Under the pieces are notes generated by a model. It had not been told where the DNA came from. It did no database searches and saw only the letters and a program-made list of their open reading frames with translations. Below are positions 42,400 to 52,037 of a stretch of 64,000 bases of DNA, in pieces. Source of the stretch: Trueperaceae bacterium (lineage in GTDB: Bacteria; Deinococcota; Deinococci; Deinococcales; Trueperaceae); contig OZ243956.1 of NCBI GenBank assembly GCA_965214405.1, positions 2,688,001 through 2,752,000 on the forward strand. Reading direction: 5' to 3'. Both the position numbers and the translations under genes were made by a program. How positions within the stretch are numbered: the first letter of the stretch is position 1; each line of letters begins with the position of its first letter.

Positions 42400-43374
42400 T
42401 TATAGCTCTACAACTTCCGGGTTGAGCAAGTGCGAAACGCGTTCGCCCTTCAGTACAGCAATGATGGCCTCCGCGCAGAGTCGCCCCATCGCCTCTCGAG
42501 TGCCCGTCGTGGCCGAGCCCGTGTGCGGGGCAAGCACCACGTTAGGCAAATCGCGCAAACCCGGCGAGAGTTCCGGCTCGTTTTCAAACACGTCGAGCCC
42601 CGCGCCCCAAATCCGGCGTTCGCGTAAGAAACGCTCCAACGCCCGCTCGTCCACCAGCGGCCCGCGCGAGGTGTTGACGAGCACCGCCGTGGGCTTCATC
42701 ATGCCCAACTCGGCCTCACCGACCAGGTAACGCGTTTCGTCGGTTAGGGGCGCGTGAACGCTGACAAAGTCACTCTCTTTAAGAAGGTCGTGAAGGTCAC
42801 GGTAGTTCGCACCCAACGCGGATTCCGCCGCCTCATCCCTCGAGCGGTTGTGGTAGAGCAGCCTCATCCCGAAACCCTTGGCGCGCGCCGCCACCGCCCG
42901 CCCGATGCGGCCCATGCCGATGATGCCGAGCGTCCTGCCCGAAACGTCTAAACCCAAAAGCTGCTTGGGTGCCCAGCCCCGCCACGCGCCGGAGCGGACG
43001 AGCGCGTCGCCCTCAATAACGCGGCGCGCGGCTCCCAAAAGGAGCATCAGCGCGTGGTCGGCGGTGGTGTCGGTCAGCACGTCCGGCGTGTTGCTCACCG
43101 CGACGCCGCGCGCTGTGCAGGCGGCGACGTCGATGTTGTTGTGGCCCACGGCGAAGTTGGCGATGATTTTGAGGAGCGGCCCCGCCGCCTCTAACAGCTC
43201 CTCGTCCACCTTTTCTGACAGGAGCGTCAGCAGGGCGTCGTAACCGCGCACGCGCTCCAAGAGTTTAGCTCGAGGGATAGGCGTGTCGGATTCGTAAACG
43301 TCCACTTCCAAACCGTCTCTCAACATATCCAGCGTGGCGTCGGGAACGGAGCGGGTGACAAAAATCCTGGGCAT
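42400..43374 (-). CDS. D-glycerate dehydrogenase / glyoxylate reductase
   Basis: AVGHNNID, NTPDVLT, GMGRIG, NTSRG, GLDVFENEP, APHTGSAT. Confidence 0.93.
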   Translation of the reverse strand: MPRIFVTRSVPDATLDMLRDGLEVDVYESDTPIPRAKLLERVRGYDALLTLLSEKVDEELLEAAGPLLKIIANFAVGHNNIDVAACTARGVAVSNTPDVLTDTTADHALMLLLGAARRVIEGDALVRSGAWRGWAPKQLLGLDVSGRTLGIIGMGRIGRAVAARAKGFGMRLLYHNRSRDEAAESALGANYRDLHDLLKESDFVSVHAPLTDETRYLVGEAELGMMKPTAVLVNTSRGPLVDERALERFLRERRIWGAGLDVFENEPELSPGLRDLPNVVLAPHTGSATTGTREAMGRLCAEAIIAVLKGERVSHLLNPEVVEL

Positions 43375-43528
43375 ATTTCACATGTACCACGCGCGCGGCG
43401 GCGCTTCAACGGTAAACGCCAAGCTTCTCGTGAACTACTTGTAAACTTGCGCGAAAAAATGTGCTGTGCTTTTCTCTGGTACTGTACCTGATGACGCTTT
43501 CCCACCAAACCTCCTCAGAAACACATCC

Positions 43529-44725
43529 GTGAACGCGGACGTGACGCCGCGCGCGGCGCGTCGGGCCGTCCTGACGCTCTTTTTCGTGAACGGGACGGTG
43601 CTCTCGAGCTGGTTCCCGTACATCCCTCTGGTGCAGGAGCGGCTGGGCTTGAGCGAGGGGGTGCTGGGGCTGGCGCTGCTCGGCACCGCCGTGGGGGCCA
43701 TCACCGCGATGCCCCTCGCCGGAATATTTATCGCACGATTGGGGAGTCAGCACGTCATGCGCGTGGCGACGGTGGTTTTTTGCCTCTCGCTGCCCTTGCC
43801 CGTGTTGGCTCCGAGTCTTCCGCTGCTCGTGCTCGCGCTCGTGATTTTCGGGGCGGGCAACGGCGCGATGGACGTGGCGATGAACGCGCAGGCGGTGGGG
43901 GTCGAAGAAGCGCACGGCGGGGCCATCATGTCGTCTTTTCACGCGCTCTTTAGCGTGGGCGGGCTCGTGGGCTCGAGCTTGGGCGGCCTTCTCATCTTCG
44001 TGGGCGTCTCCCCCGCCCTTCACGTTCTTTTCATAACGTTCGTGTTCGGCCTCACCGGTTTGGTGGCGTTGCGGTGGTTGTGGATTGACAAGATTGACAA
44101 GGCCGAAGACGCGGAGGCGGGCGGGCCTACCTTTGTTCGTCCCACGGGGCCTCTTTTGGCGCTCGGCCTGCTCGCCTTTTTCGTGCTCGTCGGCGAGGGA
44201 GCGGTGGCGGACTGGAGCGCGGTTTATTTAACCAACGCGCTGGGGACGGGCGCGGGTTTGGGCGCTCTCGGCTTCGCCGCCTTTTCGCTGATGATGGCGG
44301 TGGGGCGCTTTACGGGCGACCGGATGGTCGCCCGCTTCGGGCCGGTGCCGCTGATGCGCTCGAGCGCCGCCTTGGCGGCGGTGGGTCTTGGCGTGGGGCT
44401 GCTTATCGGTCGGCCCGTCGCCGCCATTATCGGTTTCGGCTGCGTCGGCTTGGGGCTTTCCAACCTCATCCCCATCCTCTTTAGCGCCGCGGGCCGGACG
44501 CCGGGGGTCAACGCGGGCACGGCGATTGCGGCGGTCTCGAGCGCGGGCTACTTCGGCTTTCTGGCCGGGCCGCCCCTCATCGGGCTCCTCGCCGAAGTGA
44601 CCTCCTTGCCGCTCGCGCTGGGGCTGGTGGTGCTCTTTACCGCGCTGGTGGCGGTTTTTGCCCACGCCGCGGGCCGCGCGACACGGGCGCGGGTGCCGGA
44701 TACGGTGCAGGAGCCGCTGGTTTAG
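43529..44725 (+). CDS. MFS transporter
   Basis: About 12 TM; DVAMNAQ, MSSFHA, EGAVADWS, GRFTGD, GPPLIG; start approximate. Confidence 0.9.
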   Translation: MNADVTPRAARRAVLTLFFVNGTVLSSWFPYIPLVQERLGLSEGVLGLALLGTAVGAITAMPLAGIFIARLGSQHVMRVATVVFCLSLPLPVLAPSLPLLVLALVIFGAGNGAMDVAMNAQAVGVEEAHGGAIMSSFHALFSVGGLVGSSLGGLLIFVGVSPALHVLFITFVFGLTGLVALRWLWIDKIDKAEDAEAGGPTFVRPTGPLLALGLLAFFVLVGEGAVADWSAVYLTNALGTGAGLGALGFAAFSLMMAVGRFTGDRMVARFGPVPLMRSSAALAAVGLGVGLLIGRPVAAIIGFGCVGLGLSNLIPILFSAAGRTPGVNAGTAIAAVSSAGYFGFLAGPPLIGLLAEVTSLPLALGLVVLFTALVAVFAHAAGRATRARVPDTVQEPLV

Positions 44726-44861
44726 GTTTGGGGTAGAAGAGACAGTCTAGGGCCACAAGAGTAACCGTCACAGCCAAGCTCAAACGTGGTTTCGATACAA
44801 AGGCACTAAAGCAGCTCATGTTGCCGTACTATACTTAGTCAATGTTACTAGAGGAGGTGAG

Positions 44862-45632
44862 GTGATGGCGCAGGACAATTTGACTTTGGTGCTAGACGGC
44901 GAGGTAACTCTTGACGAGTTCGCTACTGCTGTTAAGGGGTTGAAAGACCTCGTCAACGCCTTGTCTCGAGAGGTCGCAAAAAAAGAGCGTATCAAGTGGG
45001 TAGTGGCCGATTTAGAGTCGGGCAGCGCTTTTGCAACTATCGCCGGACGTTCTGACGCGCCCCAGAGCGTTGAGGCTGTCGTTCACGCTTATGAAGCAGT
45101 CGGCGTAGCGTTACAACGGCACACGCAAGTTCCTTATTCTCGTAAAGTTCGTGAGTATGCTAAAAACATTTACAGCGTGCTCGAACGTCCTGAGCGAAGC
45201 GTAACTTCATTGCGCTTTGAAACTCCCCTGTCTGAAGTGTTAGTGACGCCAGAAAACGTAGAACAACCCACGCAGGCCGCGTTGATATCGGCGTTTGGAG
45301 CCCTTGAAGGGCGCGTACAAACTCTGACGAACCGTGGAGGGTTGAGGTTTACTCTTTATGACGCGTTGTATGACAAACCTATCTCCTGTTATCTGACGCC
45401 GGGACTCGAGGATGCTATGCGGAGTGTCTGGGGACGCCGCGCCGTAGTCGAGGGATGGATAAGCCGTGACCCTGAGACGGGTCGTCCACTCAGTATCAGA
45501 CAAATAGTCCATATAGAACCCCTGCCGGAAGTTTCTACGGGTGCGTTCCGCGCCGCCAGAGGACTCGTCTCTTTTACCAGTAAGCAGCTCAAATCTGAAA
45601 ACCTTTTGCGGCAAGTCCGAGATGCCGAGTAA
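44862..45632 (+). CDS. Hypothetical protein, possible atypical antitoxin for the downstream PIN toxin
   Basis: GAGGAGG RBS; overlaps the PIN gene; lower GC. Confidence 0.65.
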   Translation: MMAQDNLTLVLDGEVTLDEFATAVKGLKDLVNALSREVAKKERIKWVVADLESGSAFATIAGRSDAPQSVEAVVHAYEAVGVALQRHTQVPYSRKVREYAKNIYSVLERPERSVTSLRFETPLSEVLVTPENVEQPTQAALISAFGALEGRVQTLTNRGGLRFTLYDALYDKPISCYLTPGLEDAMRSVWGRRAVVEGWISRDPETGRPLSIRQIVHIEPLPEVSTGAFRAARGLVSFTSKQLKSENLLRQVRDAE

Positions 45633-46101
45633 CCCACCACGCATTTACTTTGATGCTTGCGTTTTTCTTGCTTATGTGAGCGGGGAGGCAGACAGAGCGC
45701 CAACTATAGAGCTTTTGTTCGAAAAGAGTGAAGCGGGAGAAATAGATATAGTCACCTCTACTACGTCAATTACAGAAGTGACTTACGTTTTAGGAGAGCA
45801 GGAAGCAGAGAAGTTAGACCCGGACATAGAGTCCAAACTTGATAACCTGTTTGGTGACGTTAAAACGGTTGTTCTTGCTGAATTTAGCTCGTTGGTGGCG
45901 AGGGACGCGCGCACGTTAATTCGTGAAAGCCTCGTCTTGCCTGTAAACACCCTGAAGCCAATGGACGCCATACATTTAGCCACCGCACAGAGGTTGAGGG
46001 TACAAGAATTTTTGACGTACGATAAGAAAGTGCTTAGACACAACGGAAGGTTCTCTTTTCCTGTAAAAGAGCCGTTTGTCTCGCAGCATAAGCTCATATG
46101 A
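45622..46101 (+). CDS. PIN-domain (VapC-like) nuclease
   Basis: YFDACVF...SITEV...DAIHLATA...FLTYDKK acidic tetrad. Confidence 0.88.
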   Translation: MPSNPPRIYFDACVFLAYVSGEADRAPTIELLFEKSEAGEIDIVTSTTSITEVTYVLGEQEAEKLDPDIESKLDNLFGDVKTVVLAEFSSLVARDARTLIRESLVLPVNTLKPMDAIHLATAQRLRVQEFLTYDKKVLRHNGRFSFPVKEPFVSQHKLI

Positions 46102-46247
46102 GTGGTTTCAGTCCGGCGTATAGCTAACTCGCAACGGTTTAGTTCCCACAAAGGTCACGATGTGCTCTCCCAACCCTTCACGTGGGCGTGTTTCGAATGC
46201 GTTCTGAGAGAGGTCAATCGTGGGGAGGTCTTTTCTTTATAGGGCGA

Positions 46248-46289
46248 GCAACTTCGTTCAAGACGGTGCCCCGTGACAGTCTCTAAGCT
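46248..46289 (+). promoter_or_regulatory. 17-bp activator box plus -10 (copy 1)
   Basis: GCAACTTCGTTCAAGAC-19 bp-TAAGCT. Confidence 0.8.
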
Positions 46290-46356
46290 CGAGCCCAGCC
46301 AGCGCGCTCACGCGTGTGCTGATTGAGGTGTGCTGGACTCGAGAGGAGACAAAAAT

Positions 46357-47420
46357 ATGAATATTGCAGGGTACGAAAGAGCGCTCCACAGGCACCATGA
46401 GCGTTATGTTTTCAGGCGTTACGCCTTTACAATACTGGCCGCGACGCTCCTCACGCTCACCATGAGCGTGCGGGCGCAAGACGCGTCTTCTGACACCGGT
46501 ACCTTAGCACTACCCGGCGACGCGCTCTACCCGGAGGGCATCTTTGCGGCGGAGAACGGCGACTTGTTTGTGACGGGCTTCGGCAACGGCTCGATTCTCA
46601 AAATCACGGACGGCGAGAACGTAGAGGTTTTCAAGGAGGCGGGGGCGGACGGGCTCTCGAGCGCCGTCGGCTTGCACATTGATGAAGCCAACCGGCGGCT
46701 GTGGGTCGCCAACTTTACCGCGGACACGGGGAGCAGCGACCTCAAAATTTACGACGTCGCCTCGGGTGAGCTGCTCGCCTCTTTAGCCGCCCCGAACGAC
46801 GTCCCGCACTTTTTCAACGAAATCGCGCTCGACGAGCAGGGAAACGCCTACGTCTCCGACACCCTCGCGCCGATTATCTGGCGGGCGGGCGCGGACTTGT
46901 CGACCGTGGAAATCTTTGTCCAAGACCCCCTGCTCGACAACCCCGACCCCGGCCAGCCCTTCAGCCTCAACGGGCTCGCCATCACGCCCGACGGGGGCGC
47001 GCTCATCGCCTCGGTCATGGACCGCATCGACCAGGGGGACGGGCGCTTGTCTACATCGACTTGTTCGACGAAGAGGTGCGCGACATTGAGCTCGTAGGGG
47101 ACGCGGTGCCCGCCTTTGGCGGCTCGGATGGGATGTTTTTTGAGAACGGCACCTTGATTATGGTGAACGTGACGCCGCCCGCGTCGATTATGACCGCCGA
47201 CTTTAACGAAGACTACAGCCGCGCCGAGATGGTCTCGCGTGACGCGTTCGAGTCGGTTTACCGTCGCCCGACCTCCTCGGCGCTCCGTGACGGGCGGCTC
47301 TGGACGGTCAACAGCCAGTTGGACCACATCATCAACGACGAGAACGGGGCGCTGGGCACGCCGCCGGATTTGCCCTTTGAGCTGGTTCATGTGCCGCTAG
47401 ACGGGCTGCTGGGGCAATGA
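46357..47420 (+). pseudogene. Secreted SMP-30/gluconolactonase-like beta-propeller, frameshifted near 47047
   Basis: LYPEGI, GL.ID...RLWVA, FFNEIA.D..GNAYVSD, LNGLA; adding one base gives GRL-VYIDLFDEEVR and fuses the ORFs ending at 47097 and 47420. Confidence 0.75.
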
Positions 47421-47469
47421 GCCTGTCCAGCATCACCTACGCCGTCACCTATGCTGACGGGGTGCTCCC

Positions 47470-48459
47470 ATGACGAGCCGCCCTTCCTTTCTATTCACAG
47501 CGCTTCTTTTTGGCCTACTCAGCGCGTGCAGCCCCGCGCAGACCCAAACCGCCGCGTTTGATCTCGTGGTCACGAGCGCCGCGGCGAGCGCCTCGAGGGG
47601 CGGCAACGGCGCGCCCCTGCGCTTCGACGGCGAGACGGGCGCGTACCTCGGGCGCTACGGCGCGGACGCCGGATTAACTGACCCGCGCGACATTTTGCTC
47701 GAGCTGCCCGACCCGCGCACCATTGTGACGGACGGTCTGCCCGAAGACGCCACGGTTTTAGTCGTCGGAGGCGACACGGTGGTGCGGCTGGACGCCCGCA
47801 CCGGACGCTTTCAGGAGACCGTGAGCGAGCTTGCGGGCCTCAACGCGGGCGGCCTCGTGATGGGGCCGGACGGCGACCTCTACGCCGGGGCGCGCACGGC
47901 GCGGACCATCGTCCGTTTCGACGGGCGCACCGGGGCCTCCCTCGGGAACTTCGTACCCGCGGGCGTGATGATGTTCCCGCGCGGCTTCGTGTTCGGCGCG
48001 GACGGCAACCTCTACTTGGGCAACGGCGCGGACCCGGCGACGGGTGAGGGGGGCGGCACGCTGATTAGGTTCGACGGCGCGACGGGCGCGGTGCTCGACG
48101 AGGCGTTCGTGACCGACCCCGAGCTGAGCCCGCTCGACGTGATTTTGGGGCTCGACGACAAGCTCTACGTAAGCAGCGAGTTTCCGTTTGGTCAGCCGGG
48201 CGCGAAGAGCACGGTGCGGGTTTACGGAGAAGACGGGAGGCTTATTGGCGTCCTCGACGCAGGCTTGGGCGAAGACGGCGAAGCGCTCCTCCAGGCCCCG
48301 CGCGGCGTGGGCTTCGGCCCCGACGGTCTGCTCTACGTGAGCAGCACGGGCACCGGAAGCGTCTTGCGCTTCGACCCCGCGACGGGCGAGTTTATAGACG
48401 TGTTCGCCCGCTACCCGGACCTCAACGGCCAGGCTCTGACCTTTGTTCCGCATCAGTAG
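47470..48459 (+). CDS. NHL/Vgb-like beta-propeller lipoprotein
   Basis: LSAC lipobox; repeated P.G..FGPDG.LYV...RFDG.TG blades. Confidence 0.82.
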   Translation: MTSRPSFLFTALLFGLLSACSPAQTQTAAFDLVVTSAAASASRGGNGAPLRFDGETGAYLGRYGADAGLTDPRDILLELPDPRTIVTDGLPEDATVLVVGGDTVVRLDARTGRFQETVSELAGLNAGGLVMGPDGDLYAGARTARTIVRFDGRTGASLGNFVPAGVMMFPRGFVFGADGNLYLGNGADPATGEGGGTLIRFDGATGAVLDEAFVTDPELSPLDVILGLDDKLYVSSEFPFGQPGAKSTVRVYGEDGRLIGVLDAGLGEDGEALLQAPRGVGFGPDGLLYVSSTGTGSVLRFDPATGEFIDVFARYPDLNGQALTFVPHQ

Positions 48460-48528
48460 GCGCTTCTTGCCTCTTACGCTAAGGGGGTCGCAAAATCGAG
48501 GTCTCTCAATCAGCCCCGCCACCCCGAC

Positions 48529-48570
48529 GCAAGATTCTTCAAGACCTCAGTGCCCGAAAGCTTTTAAGCT
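48529..48570 (+). promoter_or_regulatory. 17-bp activator box plus -10 (copy 2)
   Basis: GCAAGATTCTTCAAGAC-19 bp-TAAGCT. Confidence 0.75.
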
Positions 48571-48704
48571 CACCTCAGGCTGGTGCGGCTGTGCCCTGGT
48601 GCGGCTTTGCAAGGTTTCTTCCCGTCAAAGGTGCGGCGCCAGCCGTCAACGTTAGCCGGAGGCGCGCTAAGCCGTCCCTCAAAGAAAAAGAAATGGAGAC
48701 ATTG

Positions 48705-49415
48705 ATGAAATACCTCTTGACCGTCCTGAGCACCGCCCTACTCGGCCTGGGTCTCGCCCAGACGACCTTTAACGCTTCCCTCACGAACGTTTCCCCCACC
48801 GACATGATTCAAGTTTCCGGGCAGGACGTCATCCCCGCCCTCTCACCCGGCGTGTGGGTGGTCCACACCTCGCCCGCGCCGCTCTTCAAGAATGAGCAGG
48901 CCGACTTTGGCGAGGGGCTGGAAGCCGTCGCCGAAGACGGGTTCGCGGGAGACTTGGGCGAATCTTTGGAGGCGCTTGTCGCCGCGATGGAGTCGCGCAT
49001 GGGGGGCGCGGTCAAGTCGGCGGGCACCTTCACGGCCCTCAACAGCAGCGGCGCGCCCGGTCCGGCGCTGCCGGGCGACGGCTACATGTTTTCTTTTGAG
49101 GCTGAGCCCGGCGACTTCTTGACCCTCGCCACCATGTTCGGCGACTCGAATGACCTCTTCTTTGCGCCCACCGAGCAGGGCGTCCCGCTCTTTTCCCCCG
49201 ACGGCACGCCCCTATCGGGCGACGTCACCTCGTACCTGATTCTTTGGGACGCGGGCACCGAGGTCAACGAGGGTCCGGGCGGCGCGAACCAGGCCACCCG
49301 CCAGAGCGCGCGCAACACGGGCGAGGACGAAGGGGGCGTGGTTCGCGCGGTGGACGACGGTTTCATCTACCCGCTCAACACCTCCTGGGTCAGCATCACG
49401 GTGACGCCGCAGTAA
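48705..49415 (+). CDS. Secreted spondin_N-domain protein
   Basis: LSPGVWVVH...GLEAVAEDG...ATMFGDSNDLF...WDAGTEVN. Confidence 0.85.
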   Translation: MKYLLTVLSTALLGLGLAQTTFNASLTNVSPTDMIQVSGQDVIPALSPGVWVVHTSPAPLFKNEQADFGEGLEAVAEDGFAGDLGESLEALVAAMESRMGGAVKSAGTFTALNSSGAPGPALPGDGYMFSFEAEPGDFLTLATMFGDSNDLFFAPTEQGVPLFSPDGTPLSGDVTSYLILWDAGTEVNEGPGGANQATRQSARNTGEDEGGVVRAVDDGFIYPLNTSWVSITVTPQ

Positions 49416-49429
49416 AGAAGTTTTTGAGC

Positions 49430-49470
49430 CTGCGGAGGCTGGCGCGTTCGCCAGCCTCCGCAGTTTCTTT
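49430..49470 (+). terminator. Rho-independent terminator
   Basis: CTGCGGAGGCTGGCG-CGTT-CGCCAGCCTCCGCAG-TTTCTTT. Confidence 0.8.
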
Positions 49471-49588
49471 GGGGCGTGTTAACCCTGTTAGGACAGCGTT
49501 CAAGAACGGTTCACGGCGAGGGTGTAAGCTGGACGCGACGGGGTCCCATTAAATTTGCACAAACCACCTAGGCGCGCGGGCGGCAGAA

Positions 49589-50458
49589 ATGGATGAGGGT
49601 ATGGCGGAAGTAGTTCAACCTGAAGGCATCAAGGTGTGGCGGCCACAGGAGTTTGCAGGCTTAGAGGTTGAGCTGTTTGAGAGTGTTCCGAGCCTCGAGA
49701 TGCCCCCCATCTACTTCGACGGCTTTTATGAGATGACGGTGGCTCGAGCGGGAAACTTCAGTTTTCGTTATATTAAGACTAAGCGTTATCTTGTCCCAAA
49801 AGAAGACCTCTTTGTTGTTCAGCATCCGGGCGAAACTGCGCGTATTACACCCCTAGACGACGCTCCAGCCACAGCGCGCACCCTGCGTTTTTATCCTGAA
49901 GCGATGGCAGAGGCTAAACGCGCCCTAAACCTCAAGCAAGACTCCTTTTACTTCCCCTCCATGTTTACAGAAGAACATCTGAACGCTCCCATCTCTCAAC
50001 TCGTTTCAAAAACCCTAATGGCGTTCGACAGAAACGAAAATCACTTGGAGTGCGAGTCGCGCTTGTTAAGACTCACCCACGCCGTCCTCACCCACTGCTC
50101 GGACACGCCGCCTCCGGAAGAAAAGTTGGGCAGAGAACACCAAGCCGTCTCACTCATTAAAGAGGTGGTGCAGGCGCACTATGAGCAGGAGCTAAAGCTC
50201 ACCCACCTCTCGCAACTCACCAACCTGAGCACCTTTTATCTCATCCGGGTGTTTCAGCGGGACGTGGGTCTGTCACCGCACGAGCACCAGACGGGGCTGC
50301 GGATTCATCATGCTAAAAACTTACTTGCCAAAGGCGAAAAGATTGCCGACGTGGCGTATAACGTGGGCTTTAACGACCAGGCGCACCTGACGCGGACCTT
50401 TAGGGACTACACCCAGACGACGCCGGGACGGTTCCAGAGGTGGAGTCTGGCGGGTTAA
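49589..50458 (+). CDS. AraC-family transcriptional regulator (full length)
   Basis: N-terminal sensing domain; LIRVFQRDVGLSP...IADVAYNVGFNDQAHLTRTF...TPG.F. Confidence 0.93.
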   Translation: MDEGMAEVVQPEGIKVWRPQEFAGLEVELFESVPSLEMPPIYFDGFYEMTVARAGNFSFRYIKTKRYLVPKEDLFVVQHPGETARITPLDDAPATARTLRFYPEAMAEAKRALNLKQDSFYFPSMFTEEHLNAPISQLVSKTLMAFDRNENHLECESRLLRLTHAVLTHCSDTPPPEEKLGREHQAVSLIKEVVQAHYEQELKLTHLSQLTNLSTFYLIRVFQRDVGLSPHEHQTGLRIHHAKNLLAKGEKIADVAYNVGFNDQAHLTRTFRDYTQTTPGRFQRWSLAG

Positions 50459-50492
50459 GCAGCCTTAGCGCTTAGTTTAGGGAGGTCAAGCT

Positions 50493-50933
50493 GTGCTACC
50501 TTTTATCGTACTCGCGCTGCTCATCGGCGCGTCCATTCCCGTACAGGTTGCCGCCAACACGACGCTGCGTAATTTTCTGGGGCACCCCTTTTGGGTGTCC
50601 GTGGCGATATTCGCGCTCGGCCTCGCCCTGTCACTCGGGCTCGCGCTGGGCGTACGTTCGCCCGCGCCGAAGCTCGCCACGCTGTCGACTGTTCCCCTGT
50701 GGGCGTGGAGCGCGGCGTTCTTGGCGATTCTGTATCAGGTCGGTACGATCATCGCGGGGCCGCGTTTGGGGGCCGCCGCCCTTATCGGGCTGATTATCGC
50801 GGGGCAGCTCGTCACGGCGCTCCTCATTGACCACTACGGGCTCCTCAATTTCGAACTGCACCGCCTCAACTGGCAGCGCGTTTTGGGCGCGGTGCTCTTG
50901 CTGGGCGGCGTGACGCTTATCCGGCGGTTTTAG
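50493..50933 (+). CDS. DMT-family transporter (YdcZ/DUF606-like)
   Basis: Q.AAN..L, P.WAW, PRLGAA, GQL..ALLIDHYG. Confidence 0.88.
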   Translation: MLPFIVLALLIGASIPVQVAANTTLRNFLGHPFWVSVAIFALGLALSLGLALGVRSPAPKLATLSTVPLWAWSAAFLAILYQVGTIIAGPRLGAAALIGLIIAGQLVTALLIDHYGLLNFELHRLNWQRVLGAVLLLGGVTLIRRF

Positions 50934-50958
50934 CGCTTCTGACTGCATCTTCAAATAT

Positions 50959-51106
50959 CTAGGCGTTCGGGAGGGTACCGAATTCGTTGTCTAGGTTCGC
51001 TTCTGACCACGCGCGGTCGTAAGGATCGAAAGAAACCTCACCCCGTTCTAAAGCAGCTTTAACGGCCTCGTCCCAACCCTGGCGCGGCTGTCTGACGGGT
51101 TTGAAA
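50959..51106 (-). pseudogene. Remnant C-terminus of an AbrB/MazE-like antitoxin
   Basis: Manual translation FKPVRQPRQGWDEAVKAALERGE...WSEANLDNEF...*; no N-terminus. Confidence 0.4.
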
Positions 51107-51115
51107 AAAGCAGCC

Positions 51116-51334
51116 TCACCTCTCGCCGAGCCAAAAGGCGTCGGGCAAAGGTGCGTCAGAGTCTTCGTCTATGGTCAGTGCGCCTTTGTGCATGTTGAGG
51201 ATGAGCGGCTGAGTATTTTCAGTCTCGAGCCTCCCCCGAAGCGACAGCGCGTATTCGTAGACCCCTATTGATACTTTTGGGGCCTGCAACTCCGGCGGCA
51301 GCGTTTCGATAACGGCGAATAACCCATCTTGCAT
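51116..51334 (-). CDS. DUF2281-like small antitoxin (possibly degenerate)
   Basis: IETLPPELQ...LNMHKGALTIDEDSDAPLPDAFWLGE. Confidence 0.5.
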   Translation of the reverse strand: MQDGLFAVIETLPPELQAPKVSIGVYEYALSLRGRLETENTQPLILNMHKGALTIDEDSDAPLPDAFWLGER

Positions 51335-51445
51335 AAACCCGTCCTAGCAAATTCGGGTGCGCGCAGGTTCAAGGCGGTGTAAGAGCCGTGTAAGGGACAG
51401 GTAAGGCGCGTCTGTCACACTGCCTCAAAACGAGGAGGTGAGTTT

Positions 51446-51811
51446 ATGACGGACGCACATATAACTCCCCAGCCCGCGCAGCTTAGCGGGAGGGCGGAGC
51501 GCGCGGTGGCGGAGGCCAAAGGATATCTCTCTGAAAACTTTCGGGAGACGGTGTCGCTCGAGCGACTAGCCGAACTCACGCATACGAGCAAATTTCACCT
51601 CTGCCGGATGTTCACCCAGTCCGTGGGCGTTTCGCCCGTCACCTACCGGACCTCGCTGCGCGTGGAGGAGGCCAAGGTCCTCCTGAAGCGCGGCAGACCG
51701 CTCGCTCATGTGGCTTATGACGTGGGCTTTGCCGACCAAGCGCACCTGACGCGGCTCTTTAAGCGTCATGTGGGGGTTACGCCGGGACAGTACCAGGCTA
51801 AGAGCGCGTGA
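51446..51811 (+). CDS. Stand-alone AraC DNA-binding domain protein
   Basis: 121 aa; SKFHLCRMF...G.SP...VAYDVGFADQAHLTRLFKRHVGVTPGQY; GAGGAGG RBS. Confidence 0.9.
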   Translation: MTDAHITPQPAQLSGRAERAVAEAKGYLSENFRETVSLERLAELTHTSKFHLCRMFTQSVGVSPVTYRTSLRVEEAKVLLKRGRPLAHVAYDVGFADQAHLTRLFKRHVGVTPGQYQAKSA

Positions 51812-51840
51812 GAACGTTTCATTGGCCGGGGAGGCCGCGC

Positions 51841-51881
51841 GCAACTTCTTTCAAGACGGGGGCCTCTTTGAACCGTAGCCT
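51841..51881 (+). promoter_or_regulatory. 17-bp activator box plus -10 (copy 3)
   Basis: GCAACTTCTTTCAAGAC-18 bp-TAGCCT. Confidence 0.78.
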
Positions 51882-52037
51882 TGGGATAGCGCGACGTCAA
51901 GCGGTTTTTGTTAACCGGTGAAGCGCAGATGGACCCGCTACGGGGCACCCGTCACCACCGCAACGACGTCCTAAACCCTCACGTATGAACCCTACCCGCT
52001 CAAATCAGCGTCTTGGCTGCTCTAAAGGAGGCTCGAG

